Source: Candidatus Latescibacterota bacterium (GTDB lineage Bacteria > Latescibacterota > UBA2968 > UBA8231). Taken from it: 64,000 nucleotides of DNA. Position 1 is the first letter of the stretch. Every line of letters starts with the position of its first letter. Where the stretch lies: contig CBDETY010000003.1 in the NCBI GenBank assembly GCA_965243025.1, positions 3,584,001-3,648,000 of the forward strand, written 5' to 3'. Positions 1 through 9,289 of this stretch are shown piece after piece. Under the pieces are notes generated by a model. It did no database searches, was not told the DNA's origin, and was given only the letters and a program-made list of their open reading frames with translations. Both the position numbers and the translations under genes were made by a program.

Positions 1-237
1 TGGAAGATCGTAGGGGAATTCGTAGTCCTGGAGCGCTTCGGAGCTCGTGCGCAGGTCGAATTTACCCAGGCCGGAGGTCGAAGGTTCGTCCGGCTCCTCG
101 AGCGGGAAGTCGACCCGGATCGCCAGGACGCGCCACGTCGCGGCCCCGTCCTCCTGTCCTCCGGCCCCGGTCGCGAGGAGGAGGGCAGCCGCCAGTGCAG
201 GCGCGCGTCTGCCCGGATGTCCGCGGAGCCTCCTCAG
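1..237 (-). CDS. 5' part of a secreted protein downstream of porV (immune-inhibitor-A/M6-like N-terminus); runs off the window
   Basis: Minus frame reads (M)RRLRGHPGRRAPALAAALLLATGAGG-QEDGAATWRVLAIRVDFPLEEPDEPSTSGLGKFDL, i.e. a signal peptide then a 'VLAIRVDF...TSG.GKF' motif. The only plausible start is a CTG overlapping the porV stop (CTGA). Confidence 0.5.
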   Translation of the reverse strand, partial: MRRLRGHPGRRAPALAAALLLATGAGGQEDGAATWRVLAIRVDFPLEEPDEPSTSGLGKFDLRTSSEALQDYEFPYDLP

Positions 238-1286
238 AACGTCAGGTTCAGGGAGAAACGGGTGTTGTCCTCCATCGGCGTGTCGTCACCCGTCACGTAC
301 GCCACGTCGACCTGGAACATGTTGTATTTCAGTCCCATCCCGAACGTGGGGAATTTGAGCTCGCCGTCGTGGTCCCACCTGTATCCGGCCCGCAGCGCGA
401 GAAACGACTGGTCCTGCTGGGCAGACAGGCCGTAGCGGTACTCCCCGCCCACGTGGAAGTCCATTTCCTCGATCTCGTTGCCGAGGCCCTCGTCCGCCCA
501 CGCCTTCACCAGGTTGCCGGCGAACGAGCCGTCGGCGATCAGGGGTTTGTAGAGATCGAATGCGAGCAGGACGTCGTGGTACTCGGCGTCGAGCAGCTCG
601 TAGGCGAAGCCGGCGACGATATGCTGCGGAAGGGGATCGGCCTGGCTCGGGTCGATGTAGGCCATCTTGGGGCCGAGATAGCGGAGCGCCGAGCCGAACG
701 TAAGGGCCGGTGTGATGTCCCAAAGCATACCGAGGTCGGCGGCAAAGCTGCTGCCGACTCCCTTGCCGCGCTCGATTCCCGCACCCTGTTCGGGAGAGAG
801 GCGGCTGTGGATGAACTTCAGGCCGACGCCCGCCTTCATGTTGTCGGAGACGTCCGCGCCGTAGGCGACGCTGACCGCGAACTCGTTGCTCGAGAAGGTC
901 CCGAGCACGTCGTCGGGCCGCTCACCCATTCGCGTCTGCTCCCCGAGATTCATCCAGATTCCGTTGATACCGACGTTCCCCCAGCCCTCGACCGGTTGCG
1001 AGTAGGCGACGAACTCGTACGACATGTCGTCGGCGAGACCGGGAAGCCACTTCGCATGAGTCAGGTGGAGCTTGCGCTCGGTCTGCCCGGCGAGGGCGGC
1101 AGGGTTGAAGTAGCTGGCGTTGTCCTCGACAGCGACGTACGACTCCCCCATCGCTATGGACCGCGCATCCGGCTTTATCAGGAGGAAGATGACAGTGGCG
1201 CGGCTCTCCGAGGTAGCCGAGGCGGGTTCGGCCGCGGCGGCCAGCAGGGAGACGGTCACGCACCAGGCGGCGAGTTTGTCAAGCAC
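234..1286 (-). CDS. porV: PorV/PorQ-family type IX secretion outer-membrane beta-barrel
   Basis: Signal peptide; FLLIKPDARSIAMGE, YFNPAALA, KWLPGLADDM, LRAGY; C-terminal RFSLNLTF barrel end; GGAGG RBS; adjacent to porU. Confidence 0.9.
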   Translation of the reverse strand: MLDKLAAWCVTVSLLAAAAEPASATSESRATVIFLLIKPDARSIAMGESYVAVEDNASYFNPAALAGQTERKLHLTHAKWLPGLADDMSYEFVAYSQPVEGWGNVGINGIWMNLGEQTRMGERPDDVLGTFSSNEFAVSVAYGADVSDNMKAGVGLKFIHSRLSPEQGAGIERGKGVGSSFAADLGMLWDITPALTFGSALRYLGPKMAYIDPSQADPLPQHIVAGFAYELLDAEYHDVLLAFDLYKPLIADGSFAGNLVKAWADEGLGNEIEEMDFHVGGEYRYGLSAQQDQSFLALRAGYRWDHDGELKFPTFGMGLKYNMFQVDVAYVTGDDTPMEDNTRFSLNLTF

Positions 1287-1440
1287 TTGTGGTTTCCTCC
1301 TGAGGTTTCACTTCGAAATCTGCTTCCGCTTCGTTACCGCCCTGAAACGGGTGCCGGGCATTCGTTTGCCCGGGCCGGCGGCAGGAAAGGTCCGCGCCTT
1401 CCTTCGTTTCCGCGATCGGGACTTTCCCCGGGCGCAGCGG

Positions 1441-4400
1441 TCATTTCATCACCTGGATGGCGGCCTTCCTCTCGATGCGCCAGCCATCGGCGAGCTCGAC
1501 CTCTACCTGGTACAGGTAGGTGCCGTTGGCGAGCTCCCCGGGAGGAGTCCAGGCCACCTGGTTGAAGTCGGCATGCCCCGTGCCGGAAAGCTCGTCGACG
1601 AGCGTTCCGGCGAGCGAGAACACCCTGATGCGGACAGATTCCGCTGCATCTTCGAGAGTGTACGTGAAGTCGCCCCTGTCCCGCATCGGGTTCGGGTGGA
1701 ACAGCAGCCGGGAAAGCACCCCGTCCTCCGCCTCCGAGACACGCACTTCCGCCTCGACCTGCGACGAGTTGTTGAACGTGTCCCAGGCCTTGAGACGCAA
1801 GGTATGGGTACCCGGTTCCATGGCGGGCAGCGGGAACTCGAGGAGGCCGCTGCGGTAGTCCCCGGTATTGTGGAAGTGCTCGGTGACGATGAAGCGCGCA
1901 CCGTCCACCCGGAGCTCCATTTCGTGCCCGGTTTCCCCGGTTATGTTGATGCCGTTCCGATCGCTGATCACAGCTTCGAGGACCGCTTCGCCGGGGATGG
2001 TGTCCCCGCTTTTGAAACCATCCTTCCCCTTGAATCCAATCGCAATCTCGGGTCCGGTCTCGTCGGCGGAAACGCCGGTCGCCGTGCCGGCGAGAACCAG
2101 GCTGTCGACCGACCCGAAAGCGGCCCGGGCATGGTCACTCCAAACATAGGCACTGACCCGGCCGTTGTCCTCCTTGTAGCTGATGTCCTTGGGCACGCGG
2201 AAGGCGGTCTCGAAACGGCCCCCTGCAACCGGTACCAGGCCGCGGAAAATCGGATTCCCGATTCGGTCGTAGGAGATATCGTCCAGCTTGCTCCTCGTAG
2301 TGGAGTCGAACGCCTGCACGAGGGCGGTTCCGGTGAAGTCTTCCACCGGCCGTCCGTCGGAGTCGAGAATCCGGCCGGCGACGCGGACCTCCTCGAGCGC
2401 CCGGACCGAATCCGGCACCTCGATGGCGACGACGTACCGGGGTCTGGCGAGGCGCAGCGCCGGGTCGCCGATCAGGCAGTAGCGCTGCATGTTGGTGCGG
2501 TCGTCCTCGTTGCCTGTGATGTTCTGCTTGGCGATCGTCAGCGCCAGTCCGAGAGGCAGGTGACTCTCCCCCGATCTGTACATCAGCCGGTGGAACTCCC
2601 GGGCGAGGTACATGTTGCTGCTGTGGAATCCTACCCGGGCGGCCGATATGAACCCGATCACCCCGCCGTCGGCGCGGTTCATCAGAACCTCCGGGATCGA
2701 CTGCTGGTTCGGATCGTCGAACACCCCGACCTGGCTCGCGGCCGTGTACATGAACGGCAACCGCCTGCCGTTGTCGATCAGGTCGGCGTCCCTTGAAAGC
2801 AGGAACATCTTCTCGTGGGCGAGCACGTCGAGGCTCCCGTGTCCGAGGTAGGTGACAATCAGCGCTCCCTCGTTGAAGCGGCGCACGAAGGCATCCCTTG
2901 CCTGCGGCTTGGTGCTCCCCTCGAGCGGAAACTGGGCGATGTAGAGCTTGACGAGATCGAGGTCGGCAGGGAAGAAGCGCTTCGCCAGCGACTCGGCGTC
3001 GAGGATGAAGTAGGATTCCCTGAGTTCCAGTTTCGACGGATGGCGCAGGTCGTCCGCCACCAGCAGCACCCGGCTCTGCCATGGACCGACCTCCGGGTCC
3101 GAGTCGTACGAGATCAGCTTGTCGACCACCCCCTCCGCCTCCGTTGCCGACTGCACCGGCAATCTGCCGATGGCCAGGTCGGGAATCCGGTCCTCTCCTT
3201 CGACCCGCACGTACCATTCGTCGAACATGCTTATGCCTTCCTGGTACGCCGGCATCCAGTTCGGGTGGCTGGTGCCCGTGCTGTTCTTGTAGTCGTAGGT
3301 CCCGTCACCCATCAGGCAGATGAACCAGGGAGCAGGGTCCCAGTTGTCGACCGCGTAGTTGACGAACGACCGGATCGCCATCGGATCGACCAGCCCCCCG
3401 GAGAACTCGTCGTACACGTCCTCGACGTCGACCGAAATCGCCCGCATCGGTCCGAAACGGTCCCCGGCGGCGCGCCACTCCGCCAGGCGGTCGGCGGCGG
3501 CGCGGAAATCGGCATGGGTGAGAACGATGTAGTCCGCGCCGTTTCCCGGGGTGCGCAACCTGCTGGGGAAATCGAGCCGTATGTTTGCCGGCCGCTTCCA
3601 CCGGGAGGGCGCACTGGCGATGTATCGAGGCGGAATTCCCCCGCCTTCGAACCGGTCCTGGAAGACCGCGGTTCCCGCGGTCCCGTCCCAGTCGAAACCG
3701 ACGATTTCCCTCGGCCACCCCAGCCCGGAGATCGCGAAGATCCGGGGTTTTCCCTCTTCGGCGAACCCCGACAGAACAAACTCCGCCGTTACCGCGTCCT
3801 CATTCTCAAGCATCGCCGACGGCGGCCAGGCGAAGGTCAGCTCGCCCCCCTCAGCCGACAGCCGGCGGTCGAATTCGACCTCGATCCAGTCCAGGCGCGT
3901 CCCCTTGTTGTCGCGCTGGAAGATTCCGAGCTGATTCAGGCCCTCCTTCGGGCCCTGCGGGGCCCGCGCCCGGAGGGTGGCCACGAACATGCTGTCCATC
4001 CTTGCCTGTCCTGCCAACTCGTCGTTCCAGTACAGATCGAACCTGTGGACGGCTCTCTTCGATCCCCAGAAACGGACCCGGATGTCGACGGGGGTCCCCG
4101 GGACCGCTTCGCGCACGATCACGGAAAAGTTGCGGGCGTTCCCCCCGAAGTCCTCCCAGTACCAGTCGTAACCGGTCTTTATGCTCCACGTCAGCAACCG
4201 GATCATGCGGTCGTCCTCGAGATGGATCCGCTCGCGGTAGCTGTCGATCCGGCGCGCCGAACCGTTGTCCAGAGCTCCGCTGCTTCGACTCATCCTGAGA
4301 CCCTCCACCTCGGCGCCGGTATCGAGGAAGTAGACGTTCTCCTCGGTGAAGGGATTCTGCCGCCAGAAATACTGCTTCGCGTCGCGCCCGTACTCCCAGC

Positions 4401-5379
4401 GTTGGGTCGCCTCGCCGTAGAACAGCAGGAAGTCGTCCGCGTCGAAGCGGCCGTCGCCGCCGTCCTCGACCAGGACCGGGATTTCGCGGCGGGAGATACC
4501 TGGGATTACGGCGCGCTGGAGACCCAGAACCCGGCCCCCTCCGTACAGCATGCGCAGGCGTTCCGGGGCAACCGTCTCCAGATCGATGCCCGCTTCGGCC
4601 AGGGCGGCCCCGGTGACTTTGTACATGCCGTTGCTGCGGACCGTGAGCCTGAGCACCTCGCCGCTCAGCGTCTGCTCATCGGTTGCCTTGCCGGCCCCGG
4701 GGCTCCCCGCCGGGAGACGCCAGGACCTCGCCTGCTCGTAGTTGACGAGGGTGTTGCGGTACAGCAGCTCCCCCCACTTGTCGGGCCGGGAACGCCGTTT
4801 CGATCCCGGAGAGCTGGAAAAGCGCAGCTCGACCTCGATGCGGTCGAAAACGGTGAGTTCCTCGCCGTCGAGCCGGGGTCCGAACCCGACGGCAACTACT
4901 TCCTGCCTTCGCAGAAGGCCGCGTTCCCCGAGCGCGACCGGGCCCTGGACCAGACCCGCGAAGTGCTCCACCGCCCCGGGCGCGTGGACTCGTGCGGCGA
5001 CGCGGGCTTCGATGACCTCCATCTCGACTTCGCTGTCCGGGGGAATGCCGACGGTGCAGCTGCGGTGGAGGTCGCGGAGGTGATCGAAGGCGATCGGCTC
5101 GACCGAAGCGGGACCGGATGGAGTCTCGGGCCCGGCCTCGTAGAGAAGGCGCACGCTGCCGGGACCGTGCCCGGTCATTTCGGCAGACGCCGTCCAGGAA
5201 CTGGCCAGGACGGCTCGGGCATGGGAAAGCTGCCCGGCGAGTCCGGCGGGGGTTTCAGGCCCGCGGGGCGGGGGTGAGTCCATTGCCGGCCAGGGGGGCT
5301 GCGCTTCCACCGCCGCGGTCAGGGCCGCGAGCGAGAGGACGAGCGCAATCCCGTCCCGCGGAGTACGGTTGAAGATCAC
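1441..5379 (-). CDS. porU: PorU-like type IX secretion sortase (peptidase C25/gingipain fold), 1312 aa
   Basis: GMYKVTG, DFLLFYGE, NPFTEENVYFL, VYDEFSGG..DPMAIRSFV, LMGDGTYDYKN, IGRLPV, YLGHG, LIGDPALRL, GINITGETGH, LKAWDTFNNSS; C-terminal PNP...LANGTYLY T9SS-type domain. Confidence 0.9.
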   Translation of the reverse strand: MIFNRTPRDGIALVLSLAALTAAVEAQPPWPAMDSPPPRGPETPAGLAGQLSHARAVLASSWTASAEMTGHGPGSVRLLYEAGPETPSGPASVEPIAFDHLRDLHRSCTVGIPPDSEVEMEVIEARVAARVHAPGAVEHFAGLVQGPVALGERGLLRRQEVVAVGFGPRLDGEELTVFDRIEVELRFSSSPGSKRRSRPDKWGELLYRNTLVNYEQARSWRLPAGSPGAGKATDEQTLSGEVLRLTVRSNGMYKVTGAALAEAGIDLETVAPERLRMLYGGGRVLGLQRAVIPGISRREIPVLVEDGGDGRFDADDFLLFYGEATQRWEYGRDAKQYFWRQNPFTEENVYFLDTGAEVEGLRMSRSSGALDNGSARRIDSYRERIHLEDDRMIRLLTWSIKTGYDWYWEDFGGNARNFSVIVREAVPGTPVDIRVRFWGSKRAVHRFDLYWNDELAGQARMDSMFVATLRARAPQGPKEGLNQLGIFQRDNKGTRLDWIEVEFDRRLSAEGGELTFAWPPSAMLENEDAVTAEFVLSGFAEEGKPRIFAISGLGWPREIVGFDWDGTAGTAVFQDRFEGGGIPPRYIASAPSRWKRPANIRLDFPSRLRTPGNGADYIVLTHADFRAAADRLAEWRAAGDRFGPMRAISVDVEDVYDEFSGGLVDPMAIRSFVNYAVDNWDPAPWFICLMGDGTYDYKNSTGTSHPNWMPAYQEGISMFDEWYVRVEGEDRIPDLAIGRLPVQSATEAEGVVDKLISYDSDPEVGPWQSRVLLVADDLRHPSKLELRESYFILDAESLAKRFFPADLDLVKLYIAQFPLEGSTKPQARDAFVRRFNEGALIVTYLGHGSLDVLAHEKMFLLSRDADLIDNGRRLPFMYTAASQVGVFDDPNQQSIPEVLMNRADGGVIGFISAARVGFHSSNMYLAREFHRLMYRSGESHLPLGLALTIAKQNITGNEDDRTNMQRYCLIGDPALRLARPRYVVAIEVPDSVRALEEVRVAGRILDSDGRPVEDFTGTALVQAFDSTTRSKLDDISYDRIGNPIFRGLVPVAGGRFETAFRVPKDISYKEDNGRVSAYVWSDHARAAFGSVDSLVLAGTATGVSADETGPEIAIGFKGKDGFKSGDTIPGEAVLEAVISDRNGINITGETGHEMELRVDGARFIVTEHFHNTGDYRSGLLEFPLPAMEPGTHTLRLKAWDTFNNSSQVEAEVRVSEAEDGVLSRLLFHPNPMRDRGDFTYTLEDAAESVRIRVFSLAGTLVDELSGTGHADFNQVAWTPPGELANGTYLYQVEVELADGWRIERKAAIQVMK

Positions 5380-5632
5380 TTGGGTGGGAACTTCAAGGTC
5401 TGGAGAGAGTTACCGGTTCGTATCTCGAAAGGACGCTCGAGCCTGGCGCGGGATCCACAATTTCGGGAATGCCTCCGGCCGCCGACAGATTCCGCACCGC
5501 CTCCGATCCGTCCGGCCCGGCGATTTTCCGCCTCGAGGCGACTCCCCCCGCAGCCTTGGGCCTGCCGGTTCATCGGCGGCGTTCGCCCTCTGAGTACGTT
5601 GGCCCAGGAGACCCCGCCTGTCAAGGCGTTCC

Positions 5633-5661
5633 TTGACGTATCTTCTTGTCTCCTCTATGTT
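5633..5661 (+). promoter_or_regulatory. sigma70-type promoter of rpmB
   Basis: TTGACG-N17-TATGTT upstream of the AGGAGG RBS and the ATG at 5686. Confidence 0.65.
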
Positions 5662-5685
5662 TCTGTCTCTTCAGGAGGTCGAAAA

Positions 5686-5913
5686 ATGGCTCGTGTGTGC
5701 CAGGTAACGGGCAAGAAGGGAATGGTTGGCAACCATGTCAGCCACTCCCAGCGCAAGACAAAGCGGGTTCAGCTGCCGAATCTCGTCAAGAAGCGGATTT
5801 ACATACCCGAGAAGGACCGCACAATCACCCTCAAGCTTACGGCCCGGACGCTGCGGACGATGAACAAGAAGGGGGCTCTCCGGGTTCTCCAAGAGAACGG
5901 AATCAAAGTGTGA
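5686..5913 (+). CDS. rpmB: 50S ribosomal protein L28
   Basis: MARVCQVTGKKGMVGNHVSHSQRKTKRVQLPNL..., 75 aa, AGGAGG RBS. Confidence 0.97.
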   Translation: MARVCQVTGKKGMVGNHVSHSQRKTKRVQLPNLVKKRIYIPEKDRTITLKLTARTLRTMNKKGALRVLQENGIKV

Positions 5914-5956
5914 CGCCGGCCGGACGGTTCCGGCCCCGCCTCTGATTGTTTCTGCT

Positions 5957-5992
5957 GCCCGGGGATGCCTGGTCCTCGGGCTTTTTCTTTTT
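5957..5992 (+). terminator. Rho-independent terminator after rpmB
   Basis: GCCCGGGGA/TCCTCGGGC stem followed by TTTTTCTTTTT. Confidence 0.8.
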
Positions 5993-6127
5993 CGGGTAGG
6001 CCGCGCCAGGCTGGTGACGCTCCGCGCCCGGTTAACCCGGGTCGGTCTCCGCTCCGTACCGGCGATTCGGGGATTCCCGAGGTTCCGTCAAGCCTCCCGC
6101 GATCCTGCCGGCCGCATTCTTCCCAGC

Positions 6128-6433
6128 TCAGGAAACCAGGTCCCTGATCTCGCGCTCGATCCGCTCCTCGCGGACCTGGTCGATCACCTCCTTGAAGCAC
6201 CGCGCCGCCCCGGAGGCGATCAGGCGTTCGACGGCCTCGATCTCTTCCTCGGAGTACAGCCCCGATTCCCTTGCCAGTCTCATGTATTCGCGCCTCTCGC
6301 CGTCGTCCAGACTGCATATCGATCCGAGCATGTCGAAGAGCTTGTAGGCCGCCTCGCTTTCCAGGCAGCGATCGACGATGAGCGCAAGACGTTCCCTGCG
6401 AACCTCCGCTGAATCCTGGTCGACCGGTTCCAC
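6128..6433 (-). CDS. Hypothetical acidic alpha-helical protein (~101 aa)
   Basis: GTG start with AAAGGGG RBS; GC3-rich coding pattern; MEPVDQDSAEVRRERLALIVDRCLESE... Confidence 0.6.
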   Translation of the reverse strand: MEPVDQDSAEVRRERLALIVDRCLESEAAYKLFDMLGSICSLDDGERREYMRLARESGLYSEEEIEAVERLIASGAARCFKEVIDQVREERIEREIRDLVS

Positions 6434-6794
6434 TGCATGCCCCTTTCCGTGGATGGCTCGTATCCGGCGGAAGCCGCGGCCTGGCCGCCGACTCCCCGGC
6501 CGGCATCCAGCAAGGTCCGGACCCGAGAGGGGCATTCGGTTTCTCCCAGCACAATTCCGATCTTTATTTATTTTGTAACCTTTTGTTTTTATTGAGAAAC
6601 AGGTATTTTGATCCGGTGGCGCTTCCGCCAATTTCGAGGGAAACTGTTTCAGAAGCGCCGTTCTCCACCAGGGAAACAACAACCCCCCTGTGGGAAGATC
6701 TTTCCGCTGCTTGTTCCCCGGGGTGGCCCCTTCTAAATTCAAGCCCCCACTTCCGAGGTTTGGAACCAGTTCCCCGCGGAGAATTCGCAACATC

Positions 6795-7064
6795 ATGATA
6801 GACAAGGAGTTGCTCGACATTCTGGCCTGCCCTGAGACCAAGGAACCGGTGCACCTGGCAGACACCGGACTGATCGAAGAACTGAACGCCCTGATAGAGC
6901 GGGGGCAGGTCTCGAACCGGGGAGGCGGGAAGGTGGAGAAGAAGGTGGACGGCGGGCTTGTGCGGGAGGACGGAGCCTTTCTCTACCCCGTCGAGGACGG
7001 CATACCGATCATGCTGATCGACGAGGCGATACCGATCGGCGAGCTGGGATTGAAGGAAGGGTAG
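6795..7064 (+). CDS. Trm112/YcaR (UPF0434) family protein
   Basis: MIDKELLDILACPETK...YPVEDGIPIMLIDEAI signature. Confidence 0.9.
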   Translation: MIDKELLDILACPETKEPVHLADTGLIEELNALIERGQVSNRGGGKVEKKVDGGLVREDGAFLYPVEDGIPIMLIDEAIPIGELGLKEG

Positions 7065-7085
7065 CGTCCCGGGAGGCAGCCCCCT

Positions 7086-8078
7086 TCAGATCGACCCGCC
7101 CCCCCACTCGAGCAGCACCCCCACCATGGACGGGTCCCGGTTTTTCAGCCCCTCGTAGGCCTCGGCCGCCTGCGTTGCGGGAAAGCGGTGAGAGACCAGG
7201 TGACCGACCTGCAGGCGCCCGTGGCGGAGCAGCTGCAGCACGGTCAGGGCGTCGTCGGCCAGGGTCCACCCGCCGTGCCGGGAGCTTTCCGGCCTGGCGC
7301 TGTTGTGGGCGCCGTGGACGACGTTTCCCTTCATGTGCACGGTGGTGTAGAAATTGACCTCGGTGCTGCCGCGGGTGCTCGCGAGCAGCACCACCCTCCC
7401 ATGGGGACGGACGATCTCGAAGGCGGTGTTGATCGGCTCCGGGTGGCCCGTCGCCTCGATGACGACCGCGGGGCCTCCGTCGAGATCGCGCACCAGCGAC
7501 TGCAGCCGCTCCCGGTCGGCGCCGTCCACGAGAACGTCGGCGCCGCTGCGGCGGCTCACCTCGAGCCGCGAGGCGTCCGTGTCGATGGCGATCGCCGGCA
7601 GCGCCCCGTGCAGCCGCGAAAGCTGCAGGGCCATCAGCCCGACGAGCCCCTGGCCGATCACCGCAACCGGTTCCCCGAGCTCGATCCCCGGGCGCCGCAC
7701 ACCCTGCAGGGCGATGGCCCCCATGAAGAAGAAGACGGCCTCCCCGGTGGCGAGGCCGTCGGGAATGGGAAAGACCTCGGAGGCCGCACGCACCGCGTGC
7801 CGGGCGTGGGGCGCGGTGCTCACGACCCGGTCTCCCACGGCGAAGCCGTCGACCTCCGCGCCGACCGCGGCGACGCGCCCGGCAAAGTTGTACCCCGTCT
7901 GCCTCGGGAAAACCGATGCGGTGTTCGGCATGGCGAGGAACCAGGCGCGCTCGGTGCCCGGGCTGATCAAGGTGCACTCCGCTTCCAGCAGCAGGTCGGC
8001 CGGCCCGGGCTCGGGAAGCTCGTGGCTGCGCACCTCGACTTCCCCTGCGGCCGGCCAGATCACGGCTGTCGTCTTCAC
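7086..8078 (-). CDS. Medium-chain (zinc-binding family) alcohol dehydrogenase/oxidoreductase
   Basis: ISPGTE, GYNFAG, VGDRV, GQGLVG Rossmann motif, VVIEATG; GTG start at 8078. Confidence 0.85.
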   Translation of the reverse strand: MKTTAVIWPAAGEVEVRSHELPEPGPADLLLEAECTLISPGTERAWFLAMPNTASVFPRQTGYNFAGRVAAVGAEVDGFAVGDRVVSTAPHARHAVRAASEVFPIPDGLATGEAVFFFMGAIALQGVRRPGIELGEPVAVIGQGLVGLMALQLSRLHGALPAIAIDTDASRLEVSRRSGADVLVDGADRERLQSLVRDLDGGPAVVIEATGHPEPINTAFEIVRPHGRVVLLASTRGSTEVNFYTTVHMKGNVVHGAHNSARPESSRHGGWTLADDALTVLQLLRHGRLQVGHLVSHRFPATQAAEAYEGLKNRDPSMVGVLLEWGGGSI

Positions 8079-8311
8079 GTCTCCGCCTTTCTCTCGATGG
8101 ACATGGACCCTGCTTCGGTGTCTCCGGCCGGCCCCGGCAGGACCCCCCCTTTTCGGGCAGAACCTCGAACGGTTGGTCCACGGCGATCGGGCTTGCGGCA
8201 ATCGGACCCGCAGTCTCCGGAGTGAACGGGAACGGGGTGCCGCCGGCCATCTTCATCCGCTCTTGAGCTGCCCGGGTTCCCCCTGGAAATTACCCGGAGC
8301 CATGCCCGGCC

Positions 8312-9196
8312 GTGGAAAATACGGACGATGTCGCCCCGACCCAGTTCGGGATGCTGTGCAACCCCCGCAGGGACCGCGGGCCCGCGGACTGGCACCGCGA
8401 CATCCGCCCGGAAGCCCACGGCCCGGTAGAGGCGTTGTTCACCGACTTTCTCGCCAACCCCCCGAACTACACCCAGTGGAACATCCCGCTCTTCGACGAC
8501 GACGTACTCTGGGTCGTCCCGGGGAGCCACCGCCGCTTCAACACCGAGCGGGAAAACCGGCAGCTCGCCGTCAGCGAACACCGGAAAATCGACGGCGGCG
8601 TGCAGATCGAGCTGGCTGCCGGGGACGGCATCGTCTACCTGACGCCGATCCTCCACTGGGGCAGCGACTACAGCGGCAGGCACCGGCGCACCCTGCACTT
8701 CCGCTACCGCGCCTTCAACAACGGCAGCCTGACCCACGCTCATGTGTTCCACTGGCTCCCGCGGCTGGCCGAGGTCCTGCCCCGGCGCCACGCCTCGAGG
8801 TTCCGGGGGTTTCTCGACCTGCGCGACCGGGAATGCGACGCCATGGAGCGGGCCTTCCGCGCCATGATCGGCCGGGACGCCGCGGTTTTTTGCGAGGCCC
8901 TCGAAGAGCTCCACTCCGGGGAGGTGGGCCGCGTCTCCTGTCTGGTCCAGCTGTCCAAGGTTGCCAGGGCCGCCCTGCGGGGAAGAGGCCCGGTGGGCAG
9001 CCGCTTCACCGCCGCCGAAGCGGAACTCCTGTGGCGGCGCTTCGAGACTTTCGACCGCCTCCTCCAGGTCGAGGAGCCGCACCTGGTTCCCGGCTTCCAG
9101 GGGAAGCAGCCGTCGACCTACAGGTTCCAGGAGATGCCCGGCATCGACGTCGCCGGTTTCATCGCCGGCTGGCAGGACGGCGCCCCGGCCCGGTAA
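8312..9196 (+). CDS. PhyH-like Fe(II)/2-oxoglutarate dioxygenase, possibly 5'-truncated
   Basis: WHRD, LWVVPGSHRR, ILHWG; starts unusually close to the HxD motif. Confidence 0.7.
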   Translation: MENTDDVAPTQFGMLCNPRRDRGPADWHRDIRPEAHGPVEALFTDFLANPPNYTQWNIPLFDDDVLWVVPGSHRRFNTERENRQLAVSEHRKIDGGVQIELAAGDGIVYLTPILHWGSDYSGRHRRTLHFRYRAFNNGSLTHAHVFHWLPRLAEVLPRRHASRFRGFLDLRDRECDAMERAFRAMIGRDAAVFCEALEELHSGEVGRVSCLVQLSKVARAALRGRGPVGSRFTAAEAELLWRRFETFDRLLQVEEPHLVPGFQGKQPSTYRFQEMPGIDVAGFIAGWQDGAPAR

Positions 9197-9289
9197 GGGA
9201 ATCCCGACCCCGATGGTTCCCAGGAAGCTTCCCGGGCCGTTCCCCCGCCCTTCAGAGAGTCCCGACTGAGCCTGCCCCCCGGATTCGCG

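Noticed and set aside
195-5277. Long plus-strand ORFs (456, 558, 820 aa) and similar antisense ORFs throughout the window
   Set aside because: Shadow frames of high-GC genes; they mirror recognisable proteins on the other strand and carry no motifs.
5686-5913. L28 as a zinc-free paralogue belonging to the Zur regulon
   Set aside because: It has its own sigma70 promoter and terminator, no operator box, and lies far from the island.
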